Shown: one piece after another, positions 48,771 to 59,488 of the stretch
Layout: every line of letters begins with the position of its first letter
How positions within the stretch are numbered: position 1 is the first letter of the stretch
Assembly: GCA_030594205.1 (NCBI GenBank)
Contig: JAUVFR010000001.1
Coordinates: 71,870 to 135,869, forward strand
Length of the DNA stretch: 64,000 nucleotides
DNA from: Methanobacteriota archaeon
Lineage (GTDB): Archaea > Thermoplasmatota > Thermoplasmata > RBG-16-68-12 > JAJISG01
Direction of reading: 5' to 3'
The notes under the pieces: model-generated
Told to the model about the DNA's origin: nothing
What the model saw: the letters and a program-made list of their open reading frames with translations, nothing else
The model's database searches: none
Position numbers and translations under genes: made by a program

Positions 48771-49160
48771 TTACTCCGGCTCCTCCAGGAGGACGGCGTG
48801 CACCGTCCCCACCTGGCCGGGTCGGGAAGTGACCCGGGCGACCCCGTTCTCCGTTTCGATCGTCGCACCGCGGGTCACGATGTTTCGGGTGACGTAGTTG
48901 GGGTTCGCGGGATTGGTCTTGACCGACAGGATGCGCGTGCGCTCTGTCTTGCCGGTCTGGGGGTTGAAGAGGTCCGCCCACTCCGCCCGTAAGAGGCGAA
49001 CCTTCCGGCGACCTCCGAGGACCCGGATGACCTTCCGGCGCTCCGAGCCAATGGTGGCGAACTCGCGCTCTCGCCCAATCTCCCGCCGCTTCTTCTTGGC
49101 GTGAGGGCGGCGCATGCCCCCGCTGGGCTTGCGGCGCGAGTGCTTCTGCCAGATGGCCAT
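48771..49160 (-). CDS. rps8e: 30S ribosomal protein S8e
   Basis: SRRKPSGG, KKRREIGR, NPANPNYVTRNIVTRGA, TSRPGQ. Confidence 0.96.
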   Translation of the reverse strand: MAIWQKHSRRKPSGGMRRPHAKKKRREIGREREFATIGSERRKVIRVLGGRRKVRLLRAEWADLFNPQTGKTERTRILSVKTNPANPNYVTRNIVTRGATIETENGVARVTSRPGQVGTVHAVLLEEPE

Positions 49161-49214
49161 CTCGTCCCACCAGGTTCGTTGGCGGGATAAAGCTTAGGGC
49201 AGGAGGAGGCCGGG

Positions 49215-50165
49215 TCAGAACCCGAGGACGATGCCGAAGTTGAGGTCGCCGTAGAGAAGGTAATACGAAGCGAGGTACGCCAGAATGGCTCCCGTGTTCA
49301 GGAGGGGCAGGCCTGCTTGCGGTCGTCCACCCAAGACGAACCGCATGAGGAGGGTGAAACCGAAGAGGGTGCCAAGCAGGGTTGCTAGGGCGACCAGGAG
49401 GTTCGCGCCCACTCCCAGGATCGTGACCAGAGGCTCCAGGTTTGCAAAGGCCGAGACAACCAGGATTCCCGGGATGATGATGTCCCCCAACCCCATGAAC
49501 ATCGCCGCACGCTCCTCCCCTGCGTCGATCTCTTCCTGCAACCCCGGTTGGGTCCGGAAGGAATAGGGGAGGGACTTGGGGATTACCAGAAGGATGGGAA
49601 GCCGAAGGCCTGTGACGGCGTTGGCCAGGGTGATCATGTGCTTCGTCCGATACACGGCCACGGCGTCGTAGATGGCAAGGCCGATGAGAAAGACCAGGGC
49701 CGGGAGGATGCCGAAGGAGATGCCAATGATGGCGGTCACTCCGGCGGCCACCGCGAACCCCGTGGCGTCCACCACCCACCACTCCGGATACTTCAACAGG
49801 GCGTAGGCCAGACCGAAGGAGAGGAGGAGGGTCCCCTGGGTGGCTGCGAGACTCGCCCAGGGTTCCGGAAGGAAGCCGAAGGCCAAAGCGAAGGGGATCG
49901 AGAACACGAAGAGCATCGTGATGGTGATTGCCCCGAGGATCACATACTTCAGGACGCCCTCCCGCCGCTTACGGACCAGGAAAAGTACGAACCCGGTGAA
50001 GGCGAGGATGAGGATGAAGTAAAACAGCGCGTTGGTGAGGGCGTTGGGATCCGGGAAGGCTTGGATGTCCGCCTCGAGAAAGGGAGCGGCCAGCGTCAGC
50101 GCCACCAGATGAGCCCCAACGAGCAAGCCCGCTAGGGCCAGGATGGCCCTGCCCTCCCGAGCCAT
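49215..50165 (-). CDS. Presenilin-like intramembrane aspartyl protease (PSH)
   Basis: YDAVAVYRTKHM, MGLGD, PQAGLPLLN. Confidence 0.9.
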   Translation of the reverse strand: MAREGRAILALAGLLVGAHLVALTLAAPFLEADIQAFPDPNALTNALFYFILILAFTGFVLFLVRKRREGVLKYVILGAITITMLFVFSIPFALAFGFLPEPWASLAATQGTLLLSFGLAYALLKYPEWWVVDATGFAVAAGVTAIIGISFGILPALVFLIGLAIYDAVAVYRTKHMITLANAVTGLRLPILLVIPKSLPYSFRTQPGLQEEIDAGEERAAMFMGLGDIIIPGILVVSAFANLEPLVTILGVGANLLVALATLLGTLFGFTLLMRFVLGGRPQAGLPLLNTGAILAYLASYYLLYGDLNFGIVLGF

Positions 50166-50166
50166 G

Positions 50167-50781
50167 TCACTCCGAGGCGAGCTTCGCGAAGGCCACGTTG
50201 CCGACGATCTTCTCCACCTCAATCTTGACCACGACGCCCTTGGTGGTCCCGGGTACGTAGATGACGTAGTTCTCCCGGCGGGCGACGCCGTCCCCCTTCT
50301 TGCCGATGTCCTGGATCATGACCTCATAGACCTTGCCCGTCTGGAGGATGGGCTCCTCCGTCTTGACCGCCTTCTTGATCACCCGCAGGGACCGCCGGGC
50401 TCCGCAGGCATCGCACTGAAGGATGGCGATGCGCCCTTCCTTCACGATGTGGGTATCGGGCCGATTGCACTCCGCGCAGAGGACGTACTCGTCGACGTAG
50501 CTCAGGATGCGCTTGTTGATCTTGTCGGCCGAGAGGCGCCCCTTGAAGAGCGCGCGCCGGTCCTCCAGGCTCCCCGAGGTGCCCAGCTCCTTGAGGAGGA
50601 ACGCGAAGACATCCTGGAGCTTGCGATTGATGGCGTCGGCGATGTCGGCGAAGTTCCGGAGGACCGTGGTCTGCCCCTCAAGGAGGACCTCCGCCTCCGG
50701 GACCTGGAAGCGCTCGCGGGAGATACTGGTCTCAGGGAGTTCCTTCTTGACGCGCTCCAGGAGTTCCTCGTAGGTGGGCAC
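50167..50781 (-). CDS. eif2b: Translation initiation factor aIF-2 beta with C-terminal TRAM domain
   Basis: YEELLER, ERFQVP, NFADI, CAECNRPDT, CDACGA, GKKGDGVA..YVPG. Confidence 0.93.
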   Translation of the reverse strand: MPTYEELLERVKKELPETSISRERFQVPEAEVLLEGQTTVLRNFADIADAINRKLQDVFAFLLKELGTSGSLEDRRALFKGRLSADKINKRILSYVDEYVLCAECNRPDTHIVKEGRIAILQCDACGARRSLRVIKKAVKTEEPILQTGKVYEVMIQDIGKKGDGVARRENYVIYVPGTTKGVVVKIEVEKIVGNVAFAKLASE

Positions 50782-50818
50782 ACCCAAACCATTCGGGGGC
50801 GGCCTTATCAACTTTGGG

Positions 50819-52414
50819 TCAGGCCTGGGTAGCCAGCGCGGCCTGGACCAGTCCGTAGTGGATCGGGGACGGGCGCAGGGGTCGGGAGGTGAACTCCGGA
50901 TGGAACTGCGAGGCGAGGAAGTAAGGATGGCCTTCCAGCTCGAGGATGTCCATCCGTCGGCCGTCCTCGGACCGGGCGACGTACCGCAGGCCGGCCCCCT
51001 CCAGCTTGGACAGGAAGGAAGGGTTGATTTCGTACCGATGGCGATGGCGCTCGTAGATGGACGTGCTCCCGTAGAGCTCGTGGGCCTTGGACCCCTCTTC
51101 GATGACCACCTCGTGGGCCCCCAGACGCATCGTGGCGCCCATGTCCTCGACCCCCTGTTGCTCCGGGAGTAGGTCCACGACTGGGTAGGGCGTCTCGGGG
51201 TCGAACTCGCTGCTGTTCGCACCCTCTAGCCCGAGGACCGATCGTGAGAACTCGATGGTGGCGAGCTGGAAGCCGAGGCAGACCCCCTGGAAGGGGATTC
51301 CCTGTTCCCGGGCGTACCGAATGGCCCGAATCTTGCCCTCAATGCCCCGCTCACCGAAGCCGCCTGGGACGAGGATGCCCTGCGTTCCTTCGAGGAGCCC
51401 CACGCCGTCTTCTTCCAGGTCAACGCTCTCGACCCACCGGATGTTCACCCGGGCGTTGGCCTTGGCGCCGGCATGTTGGAAGGCCTCCAGGTGACTGATG
51501 TAGGAGTCTTGGAGGTGGGTGTACTTGCCCACGAGTGCGATCTCCACCTCGCCCTCGGGGTTCCGGAGGCGCTCCACGAAGGCCTTCCATCCCCCCAGGT
51601 CCTGGGACGTCCCTTCGAGGGCCATCTGTTTCAGCAGGTAGTCGGTCAGGCCTTGCTGCTCCAAGATCATCGGAACCTCGTAGATGTTGCCGGCGTCCGG
51701 GGCGCTGACGATGCCCTCGACCGGCACGTCACAGAAGAGGGAGATTTTCTGCTTCACGTCATCATCCAACTCGACGGGCGCGCGGGCCACGATCGCGCTG
51801 GGGTGGATCCCCGCGGCCCGCAGCTCCCTCACGCTGTGCTGGGTCGGCTTGGTCTTGGGCTCGCCTACCACAGGGAGGATGGGAACCAGGGTCGTGTGCA
51901 CGAAGACGCAGTTCTCCTTCCCCTCGTCGATGGAGAGTTGCCGCATGGCCTCGAGGAAAGGCATGGACTCGATGTCACCCACGGTGCCTCCGATCTCGAC
52001 CAGGGTGACATCCACCCCCGCCGACTCGGCCGCCTCCCGGATCATCCGCTTGATCTCGTCCGTCACGTGGGGAATGATCTGGACCGTGCTTCCCAGGTAG
52101 TCCCCGTGGCGCTCCTTCTCGATGGCCGCGAGGTACGCCTTCCCTGTGGTGATGTTGTGGTCACGGCTCAGCCTAACGTCCAGAAACCGCTCGTAGTTGC
52201 CCAGGTCGAGGTCGACCTCGCCGCCGTCCTCCAGCACGAAGACCTCCCCATGCTGGAAGGGATTCATGGTCCCCGCATCCACGTTCAGGTAGGGATCGAT
52301 CTTGATGGCAGTCACGGAGAGGCCGCGGCTTTGCAGGTTGCGGCCGATACTGGACGTGGTGATGCCCTTTCCCAAACCGGACAAAACCCCGCCGGTCACG
52401 ATGATATATTTCAT
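50819..52414 (-). CDS. pyrG: CTP synthase
   Basis: [44 protein letters not shown]. Confidence 0.97.
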   Translation of the reverse strand: MKYIIVTGGVLSGLGKGITTSSIGRNLQSRGLSVTAIKIDPYLNVDAGTMNPFQHGEVFVLEDGGEVDLDLGNYERFLDVRLSRDHNITTGKAYLAAIEKERHGDYLGSTVQIIPHVTDEIKRMIREAAESAGVDVTLVEIGGTVGDIESMPFLEAMRQLSIDEGKENCVFVHTTLVPILPVVGEPKTKPTQHSVRELRAAGIHPSAIVARAPVELDDDVKQKISLFCDVPVEGIVSAPDAGNIYEVPMILEQQGLTDYLLKQMALEGTSQDLGGWKAFVERLRNPEGEVEIALVGKYTHLQDSYISHLEAFQHAGAKANARVNIRWVESVDLEEDGVGLLEGTQGILVPGGFGERGIEGKIRAIRYAREQGIPFQGVCLGFQLATIEFSRSVLGLEGANSSEFDPETPYPVVDLLPEQQGVEDMGATMRLGAHEVVIEEGSKAHELYGSTSIYERHRHRYEINPSFLSKLEGAGLRYVARSEDGRRMDILELEGHPYFLASQFHPEFTSRPLRPSPIHYGLVQAALATQA

Positions 52415-52450
52415 GATCCCAACGGGGAATTGGAATGGGCGGGAGGCGAT

Positions 52451-53230
52451 TTAAACGTTGTCACCGACCCCCCCCTCCTCCGTCGCGTGGGCCTCTAAGT
52501 TTTCCTGGATCGCACCGAGAACGCCCCGTAAGTTACCTGCCTTTTCGTAGGCGCCTTGGGCGGTCTCGGCCATCTCTGGCTCATCCTTTGCCTCTCTCGC
52601 AAAGGCCACCATGATCCGAAGGGCCCGGACCAGTTCGTCCACAACGGCCACCGTCGCGGCCCGGTTGGTGCGGGAGAGAGGATTCAAGTCGATGGAGATG
52701 ACAGTCTTGCCCATCCCGACGAGCACCTCGGCCCGGTCGCCGTCTTCCAGCGGGACGAGGACCACGTCGGCGTCATAGATTCCCTCGTGACTGGATAGGG
52801 CCCGGGGATGCTCGAGGCCCGGGAGGGAGGCGTCGGGGTTTCTCCCGAGGACCCGTCCAATCCCCCGCTCCTCTAGGAGGGCCACGAGGGCTTCAACCCG
52901 CTCCTCCGTTCGATGGAAAACATTGACCTCAACGCGGGCCCTCGTCGCCCTCGCCAGGTCGCCGATCTCGTCCGCCGCCAGGACGGCTACGTTGCCGTTG
53001 ACGGAGAGAAGGGGTCGGTCGGCGCGAAGCAGATAGGCGACCGCCGCCCGCGCGGCGACCTCGGCCTGTGGCAGGGTACGCTCGCCTAAGAGGTAGTCGA
53101 ACGCCTCCCCTCGTCCGTGGGCGATGATTCCCTCCCACGCGACGAGGCCTTCGCGGGCGGCCGTCACGAGCTTCTTGCGCGTCACGAGGGAGCGATAGCG
53201 AGGGTGGGATCGGGGGATCGTGGAGGCCAA
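52451..53230 (-). CDS. 4-phosphopantoate--beta-alanine ligase (archaeal phosphopantothenate synthetase)
   Basis: SHPRYRSL, AHGRGEAFDYLLGE, SVNGN, VPLEDGDR, IDLNPLSRT. Confidence 0.93.
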   Translation of the reverse strand: MASTIPRSHPRYRSLVTRKKLVTAAREGLVAWEGIIAHGRGEAFDYLLGERTLPQAEVAARAAVAYLLRADRPLLSVNGNVAVLAADEIGDLARATRARVEVNVFHRTEERVEALVALLEERGIGRVLGRNPDASLPGLEHPRALSSHEGIYDADVVLVPLEDGDRAEVLVGMGKTVISIDLNPLSRTNRAATVAVVDELVRALRIMVAFAREAKDEPEMAETAQGAYEKAGNLRGVLGAIQENLEAHATEEGGVGDNV

Positions 53231-53347
53231 GCAACGGGCAAGCCTCGGCGCGGCTTAAGCCCTTGGCGCCTGCGCGGACGCACCTTCGTCCACCCCTCCC
53301 GCCATTAGGTTATTACCCACAGGTCCGCTCCATGAGGACGGGAGGAG

Positions 53348-54538
53348 ATGCTGGTAGGCATCGTTGGAAAACCCAACGCCGGGAAGAGCACGTTCTTCGC
53401 GGCTGCCACTCTGGCACCCGTCGACATCGCCGATTACCCGTTCACCACCATCAAGTCCAATCGCGGCATCGCATATGTGACCCGTCCCTGTCCCCACTCC
53501 GAGCTTGGCACGGAATGCAGCCCCCATAACGCGCCTTGCACGGAGGGAGTGCGCCTCGTGCCCCTCGACCTCCTGGACGTGGCGGGACTCGTCCCGGAGG
53601 CCCACAAGGGACGGGGCCTGGGCAACCAGTTCCTGGACGACTTACGCCAAGCGTCGGCCTTCGTTCACGTCGTGGACGCCAGCGGTGCGACCGACCGGGA
53701 GGGAAACATCGAATCGCCCGGGGACCACGACCCCACGGATGATGTCCAGTTCTTGGAGGACGAGCTGGCCTACTGGATCGCGGGCATCCTCGCCAAGGGA
53801 TGGGACAAGATGGCGCGTCGGGCGGAGATTGAGGGCGAGAACCTCGAGAAGCTGCTTTCGGAGAGGCTGACCGGCCTCGGCCTGCGGGAGGCCCAGGTCC
53901 ATCTCGCCCTACGGGACGTCGCCCTGGAGGGACCCCCGCGGCGTTGGAAGGAGGAGGAGCTTGTGCGACTCGCCCGGGAACTCCGACGCATCGGGAAGCC
54001 CATGATTCTCGCGGCCAACAAGGCCGACGTCGCACCGGAGGACGCCTTACAGAGCCTGCTCAACCTCCCAGATGTCCGCGTGATACCCACCTGCTCCGAG
54101 TGCGAGCTCGCCCTACGACGTGCCGCAAAGGCGGACCTTCTCGACTACGTCCCTGGGGCCTCCGCCTTCACGGAACGGACGGACGCGAGCCTCACGGGGG
54201 AGCAGAGGGAGGCGCTGCAGAAGATTCGTGGCTACCTCAATCGGCTCGGGTTTACCGGGGTCCAGCGCTGCCTGGAGGATCTCGTGTTTGACCAGATGGG
54301 CATGATAGTGGTTTTTCCCGTGGAGGACGAGAATCACTGGACGGACAAGGATGGGAACGTCCTGCCAGACGCGTTCTTGATGCCTCGCGGCAGTGTCACA
54401 AGGGACTTAGCATACCAGGTCCATACCGACCTTGGGGACAATTTCATCCGGGCGGTGGATGCGCGGACCAAGAGGGTCCTGGGTAAGGATTACGAGTTGC
54501 AGGATGGCGACGTGATTCGCGTCGTTGCGAGGTCGTAA
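53348..54538 (+). CDS. ychF: Archaeal YchF/Obg-like ATPase with TGS domain
   Basis: GKPNAGKST, YPFTT, DVAGL, GLGNQFLD, ANKAD, VHTDL. Confidence 0.92.
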   Translation: MLVGIVGKPNAGKSTFFAAATLAPVDIADYPFTTIKSNRGIAYVTRPCPHSELGTECSPHNAPCTEGVRLVPLDLLDVAGLVPEAHKGRGLGNQFLDDLRQASAFVHVVDASGATDREGNIESPGDHDPTDDVQFLEDELAYWIAGILAKGWDKMARRAEIEGENLEKLLSERLTGLGLREAQVHLALRDVALEGPPRRWKEEELVRLARELRRIGKPMILAANKADVAPEDALQSLLNLPDVRVIPTCSECELALRRAAKADLLDYVPGASAFTERTDASLTGEQREALQKIRGYLNRLGFTGVQRCLEDLVFDQMGMIVVFPVEDENHWTDKDGNVLPDAFLMPRGSVTRDLAYQVHTDLGDNFIRAVDARTKRVLGKDYELQDGDVIRVVARS

Positions 54539-54539
54539 C

Positions 54540-56927
54540 ATGACGGCGTACGACGTCCGGCTTCTGGCTGCCTCCTACCGTCGCGAAGGGGATGACGAGC
54601 AGCCTGTCATCGAGCTCTTCGGCAAGACCCGAGACGGACGGTCCATCACCGTGGAATACTGGGGTTTCCGCCCCTATTTCTACGCCGTCGAGCCCCCGCA
54701 GTCTCTCCGAGGCACCTTCGAGCGGGACCCCGAAGTGGTCGAGCTTCGGGAGGTCGAGCTCGAGGTGACCCCGTTGGAGAAGAAGGCTTGTGTCCAGGTG
54801 GTCATGCAGCACCCCTGGCGGACCCCGGAGTATCGAAACAAAGCCCGGCAGTTCGGGAGCGAGGTCCTCGCGGCGGACATCCCCTTCGTTCACCGCTTCA
54901 TCTACGACATGGACCTGGGGTCTTGTTTCCGGGTTGAGGGAGAAGAGACGGAAGGCGGCTACACAACGGAGATCGTGCTCCGCGCTGCCTCCTTCGAGCC
55001 ATGCGACCCGTTCAACCCCCCCCTGAAGATCCTCAGCTTTGACATCGAGAACAGCATCGAGGACGGACACCTCCTCACTCTGGGCATCGCCATGCGGGGT
55101 CCGGACGGCGACATCGAAACGCAGGCCCTCCGAGGCGGCGAACGGGAGATTCTCCGGGACTTCGTCACCCTGGTGGAGAAGGAGGACCCGGACGTGCTCA
55201 GCGGGTACAACATCGGCGGGTACGATATCCCGGTCCTCCTCGAACGCGCTCGAAAGGGGAATCTGGGCCCACTGGCCTTCGGCCGGGACTTCGCCCCCTT
55301 CCGCCAGATCAACGAGCGCATGTGGCGCCTCCACGGGCGGGTCATCGTGGACGCCTGGTGGAGCGCCCGGACGGACCTCCGGCCCAAACAGGAGACCCTG
55401 GACTACGTCGCCCGCAAGCTCTTGGGCGAGGGGAAGCAGGAGGTGGATCCGGCCCGCATGGACGAGGAGTGGGAACGGGATCCGGAGCGGGTCATCCGCT
55501 ACTGCATGAAGGACGCGGAACTCTCCCTCCGGATTCTCGAGAAGCTGGCGAGCGTGGAGAAGGGCCTGGATCTCGCCACGGTCTCCCGTCTTCCGTTGGA
55601 CGATGTCTTGAACGGACGCACGTCCAACCTCATCGATTCCCTCCTCATCCGGGCGGCGGATCGGAAGGCCTTCGGGGTCCCGATGACGCGGCGCCGGGGA
55701 GGAACCGAATCCATCGAAGGGGGGTACGTCCACACCATCGATCCGGGTCTCTACGAGTGGGTCGTGGGCATGGACTTCCGGGCCATGTATCCAAGCCTGA
55801 TCATCGAGAACAACATTTGTTTTTCCACCCTCCACCCGGACGGGGACATCGAGGGACCCACGGGGGTCCGCTTCCTGGGGAAGGAGAAACGTGAGGGCAT
55901 TCTGCCGCGCATCCTGGCGGAGCTGATGGAGCAACGGCAGGAAATTCGCGCCAAGGTCGCGGAGGGGGATTCGGAGGACGTAAAGGCCTACTACGGTCGG
56001 CTGGAGGACGCGGTGAAGGTCCTCATGAACGCATTCTACGGCGTCCTGGCCTCCTCCTTTTACCGCTTCACGAATCCGAAGATCGGCGGGAGCATCACGG
56101 CCTTCGCCCGGGAGAACATCAAGGACGTGATCCGACGCCTGGAGGCACGGGGGAACCGGGTCATCTACGGGGACACGGACAGCGTGTTCTTTTCCCCCGG
56201 GGCGGACACCTTGGACGGGTGCGTGGCGGAAGGCCAGACCCTGGCGGCGGAACTCTCGGGGCGCGGCATGCAGCTGGAGTTTGAGCGCGTGTTCCGAAGC
56301 TTCTTCTCCCACGGTCGGAAGAAGCGATACGCTGGGCAGGTCATCTGGCCGGAGGAGCGCCTGGTCGTTCGTGGGTACGAGATTCGGCGGACGGACGCCT
56401 TCGACCTTCAGAGCGAGGCGCAGACGGAGGTGTTGGAGCGGGTCCTCCGAAACGAGATCGAGGATGCCATCCAGTTCGCCCGGGAGACGATTCAGCGGGC
56501 CCAGAACGGCGAGGCGGAGGTGGAGGTGGACCAGCTCGTCATCTCGCGCACCGTGAAGGAGCCGGCCCAATACGTGAACCCCGACTCCATGCCGAACGTT
56601 CAAGCGGCCAGGAAATTGGAAGGGATGGGGTACGAGTTCGTGCCCGGCATGAAGGTCTCTTGGGTCGTCGTCAACGCCAAGAAGACCCCGATGGTGGTGG
56701 AGCCGTACGTCAGCGGACGGCCGTTCGAGGAGACGCCGGACTGGGGGTATTACGCCCGCCGAGTCGCCCAGACTCTCGGCTACATCACCGAGGTCTTCGG
56801 GTGGGACGAGAAGAGCCTTCTGGCGGGGAGCCAGCAGGTCACCCTCTTCCAAAAGGATTTCGGGAAGGAACCGAAGGCTGGCCCGCGGAAGACGGACCGC
56901 CCCCTCACGCTCGAGGACTTCATGTAG
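54540..56927 (+). CDS. polB: Family B DNA polymerase
   Basis: Exonuclease FDIE and GYNI..YD; polymerase DFRAMYPS, KVLMNAFYG, YGDTDS, KKRY; no intein. Confidence 0.95.
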   Translation: MTAYDVRLLAASYRREGDDEQPVIELFGKTRDGRSITVEYWGFRPYFYAVEPPQSLRGTFERDPEVVELREVELEVTPLEKKACVQVVMQHPWRTPEYRNKARQFGSEVLAADIPFVHRFIYDMDLGSCFRVEGEETEGGYTTEIVLRAASFEPCDPFNPPLKILSFDIENSIEDGHLLTLGIAMRGPDGDIETQALRGGEREILRDFVTLVEKEDPDVLSGYNIGGYDIPVLLERARKGNLGPLAFGRDFAPFRQINERMWRLHGRVIVDAWWSARTDLRPKQETLDYVARKLLGEGKQEVDPARMDEEWERDPERVIRYCMKDAELSLRILEKLASVEKGLDLATVSRLPLDDVLNGRTSNLIDSLLIRAADRKAFGVPMTRRRGGTESIEGGYVHTIDPGLYEWVVGMDFRAMYPSLIIENNICFSTLHPDGDIEGPTGVRFLGKEKREGILPRILAELMEQRQEIRAKVAEGDSEDVKAYYGRLEDAVKVLMNAFYGVLASSFYRFTNPKIGGSITAFARENIKDVIRRLEARGNRVIYGDTDSVFFSPGADTLDGCVAEGQTLAAELSGRGMQLEFERVFRSFFSHGRKKRYAGQVIWPEERLVVRGYEIRRTDAFDLQSEAQTEVLERVLRNEIEDAIQFARETIQRAQNGEAEVEVDQLVISRTVKEPAQYVNPDSMPNVQAARKLEGMGYEFVPGMKVSWVVVNAKKTPMVVEPYVSGRPFEETPDWGYYARRVAQTLGYITEVFGWDEKSLLAGSQQVTLFQKDFGKEPKAGPRKTDRPLTLEDFM

Positions 56928-56987
56928 AACCCGGTCGTCGTAGGGACCAGAGAAACCCGAGTCACGCTCGAAACCGAGAAGGCGTAC

Positions 56988-57850
56988 TTGGAGGAGTTCG
57001 AACCCGATCGGGCCTGGCTCCGGGAACCCGATCTGTTTCAACGCTTCCGGGTCCCCGAGCAGGGGGTTCCTCTGGCGGCATCGAAGGTCGATCCGGACGC
57101 GATGCTCCTGGTGGTCGCGCGGGAACGCATCCGACGGGCTTTCCTCGTGACCGAAATGGCCTACCACCACCTCGCGCAGGGCGCCCTGGGGGGCCAGCCG
57201 TACCTCGTGAGCTTCTGTACGGTCTGTCATAGCGGCGTGGGGTTGGTCCTCGGATCGAGGGAGAGGTCCACTCCTTCAGCGCCGGCGGACTCTACAACGG
57301 ACTTGTCTTGTTGATTGACGACGAAACCAGAACCTACTGGGACCACATTCGCGGCTTGGCCCTGTACGGCCCCCTCCGAGGCGCCCGGATGGAAACCTTC
57401 CCGCTGGAGGTGACGAACGTGCGTGCTGCCTTGCGAACCGATCCGGAGCTGACCCTGTCACGCTCGAACCCCAAGCCATCCGCCCGCGTTCTTGGCTTGG
57501 TCGCGCGCAATACCTTTCGACGCAAGGGATTCCTCCCCCCCGGGTTTCGGCAGACCATGAGGCCGAAGGACGAACGCCTGCCGGAGATGACTCACGGACT
57601 CGGCGTGATGGGGGCCGAGGTGCAGCGCTTCTACCCGCTCGACCGGATCGCGGGAGGGGTGCTGGATGAAATCGCAGGTCGAGCCCCTCGTGTGGAAATG
57701 GATGAGGAGACGCAGGTCCCCACGGCTCGCTGGGAGGACGACGGGACCCGCCCGATGCAGGTCTTCTCACGGTGGTACGGGTTCGTCGCGACGTTCCCGC
57801 GGACGGGCGTTTTCGCCCCGGCCGAGTCGGCACCCCGCGTATCTGTTTGA
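56988..57850 (+). pseudogene. DUF3179 family gene with a frameshift
   Basis: YHH...FCTVCHSG; adding one C at ~57249 gives VPRIEGEVHSFSAGGLYNGLVLLIDDETRTYWDH. Confidence 0.75.
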
Positions 57851-57921
57851 GGGGTCCGAAGGGCTTTATAGCTAGCCAGGGGTAAAGCGGGGTCGCGAGC
57901 GAGCGCGGGCGGTTTGTCACG

Positions 57922-58545
57922 ATGGCAACGGAGGGCGAGAAGGCGGAGTCTCGGGCCCTGCGGGGTCTCTACCGGAACATCCGGGAAGCCTGGAAGACTC
58001 CGAGCCAGACGTACGTCGGCCCCCTGCTCCGCGAAAGGATGATCGAGTGGCGAAAGGGTCCCTCGGTGGCCCCTCTCGACCGGCCCACCCGGTTGGACCG
58101 TGCGAGGGCGCTCGGATACAAGGCGAAACCGGGGATTGTGGTTGCCCGGTCGCGTGTGCGAAGAGGAGGGCTGCGGAAGCGCGCCATCCGCGGCGGCCGG
58201 AAGCCTAAGCGCATGGGCATTGCGAAGATCACCATGGCGAAGAGCATCCAGCGGATTGCGGAGGAACGCGCGGGGAAGCGTCATCCCAACATGGAGGTCC
58301 TGAACTCCTATTGGGTAGGTGAAGATGGTCGACACAAGTACTACGAGGTCATCCTCGTCGATCCTCACAGCCCTTCCATCCGAAGGGACAAGGAGCTGAA
58401 CTGGATTCGGCGACCGGAGCATAAGAGACGCGTCGCCCGCGGGCTCACTTCGGCCGGAAAGAAGGGCCGAGGTCTTCGGCGAAAGGGGAAGGGAGCGGAG
58501 AAGGTACGCCCCTCCATCCGCGCCCACCAAGGAAAGGGAAAGTAG
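57922..58545 (+). CDS. rpl15e: 50S ribosomal protein L15e
   Basis: [46 protein letters not shown]; TTTATA at 57865. Confidence 0.97.
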   Translation: MATEGEKAESRALRGLYRNIREAWKTPSQTYVGPLLRERMIEWRKGPSVAPLDRPTRLDRARALGYKAKPGIVVARSRVRRGGLRKRAIRGGRKPKRMGIAKITMAKSIQRIAEERAGKRHPNMEVLNSYWVGEDGRHKYYEVILVDPHSPSIRRDKELNWIRRPEHKRRVARGLTSAGKKGRGLRRKGKGAEKVRPSIRAHQGKGK

Positions 58546-58546
58546 G

Positions 58547-59395
58547 CTAGGCGGGGCCCAGAACCGTCAGGCGGAGCCTCTCGAGCCGCGCCGAGTTGAA
58601 CCCCATCAGGGGATAAAACGCGGGCCGAAAGGTCCCCTTCCGTGTCTCCGTCGCTGTCCAGGGGTAGACAAACCCCACTGCCCCCGCGTCGTCTGCGACC
58701 TGGCGCATCTCCTCAAGCGAGTCGATTTCCTGCCACCGAAGACCGGGATCCCACGCCTGCAGTCCGGCGGCCCACTTGTCCTCCCCTCGGAACACCGGCA
58801 GGACATAGCTGCCTCGTTTCATCATGAGCCACGAAGCCAGGGCGCCCTCCGGCGTCTCCACCAGGCTCACCACCTTACCTTGGGTGCCGAGGGGCAGGCC
58901 CCCGACGCCCGGCAAGATCTCGGTGAAGAGGAACGCCTTCGCCCCGCGCACCTCCACGTGAACCTCCCAATCGGGCGCGGTTAGATTTACGTTCAGTTCG
59001 GGAAATCTGGCGAGAATGGCCGATCCGACTTCCCGCGCGACGTCTGCGCTGGTGAAGGGATGTTCACCGACCCGACGGGTCCGGACCGCGAAGCTGGACC
59101 CTTTCGTTCGAACCTCCTTCGCCAGCCGAACGGCCTTCGGGAGAATGGACTCCAGATCGCCCGGGCTTTCCCAGACCGGACTGAAGGAGACGAGCCCGAA
59201 CACCCTGCCGAGCCTTCGGGTCGCGTCCGGATCGTCGGATTCCACGAAGAGGCGCCCCTCCTCCCCCGACACGCGACCCCCACCGTCCTTATCGCCCAAG
59301 AGACGGAGGACGTTCTCGCGCAGACGTCTCATCATCTGGCCTCGCACATGGCGCCCCTTGAGCCCCATTTCCCCGTAACGGAGGAGGAATTTCAC
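58547..59395 (-). CDS. ThiI-like THUMP-domain protein with degenerate catalytic domain
   Basis: LLRYGEMGLKG, THUMP FAVRTRR, GGLPLGTQGKV, WLMMKRG; the SGGxDS PP-loop is absent. Confidence 0.85.
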   Translation of the reverse strand: MKFLLRYGEMGLKGRHVRGQMMRRLRENVLRLLGDKDGGGRVSGEEGRLFVESDDPDATRRLGRVFGLVSFSPVWESPGDLESILPKAVRLAKEVRTKGSSFAVRTRRVGEHPFTSADVAREVGSAILARFPELNVNLTAPDWEVHVEVRGAKAFLFTEILPGVGGLPLGTQGKVVSLVETPEGALASWLMMKRGSYVLPVFRGEDKWAAGLQAWDPGLRWQEIDSLEEMRQVADDAGAVGFVYPWTATETRKGTFRPAFYPLMGFNSARLERLRLTVLGPA

Positions 59396-59488
59396 CCTTG
59401 CAGCAAGGCGCCCGGGATACATGCGCCTTCGCGTCCCCGTTCCCTCCCGGCGAAGATACCTTTTTCTCGCTCTCCCGATTCGACCCGC

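Noticed and set aside
54290-54538. Less GC-biased codons at the 3' end of ychF
   Set aside because: The frame is intact (TGS domain); may reflect an embedded polB promoter; no structure or repeat found
1004-57230. Many long antisense or alternate-frame ORFs (e.g. 1004-2533 -, 32386-35550 -, 54444-57230 -)
   Set aside because: Shadow ORFs expected from high GC3 opposite well-identified genes; no recognisable motifs
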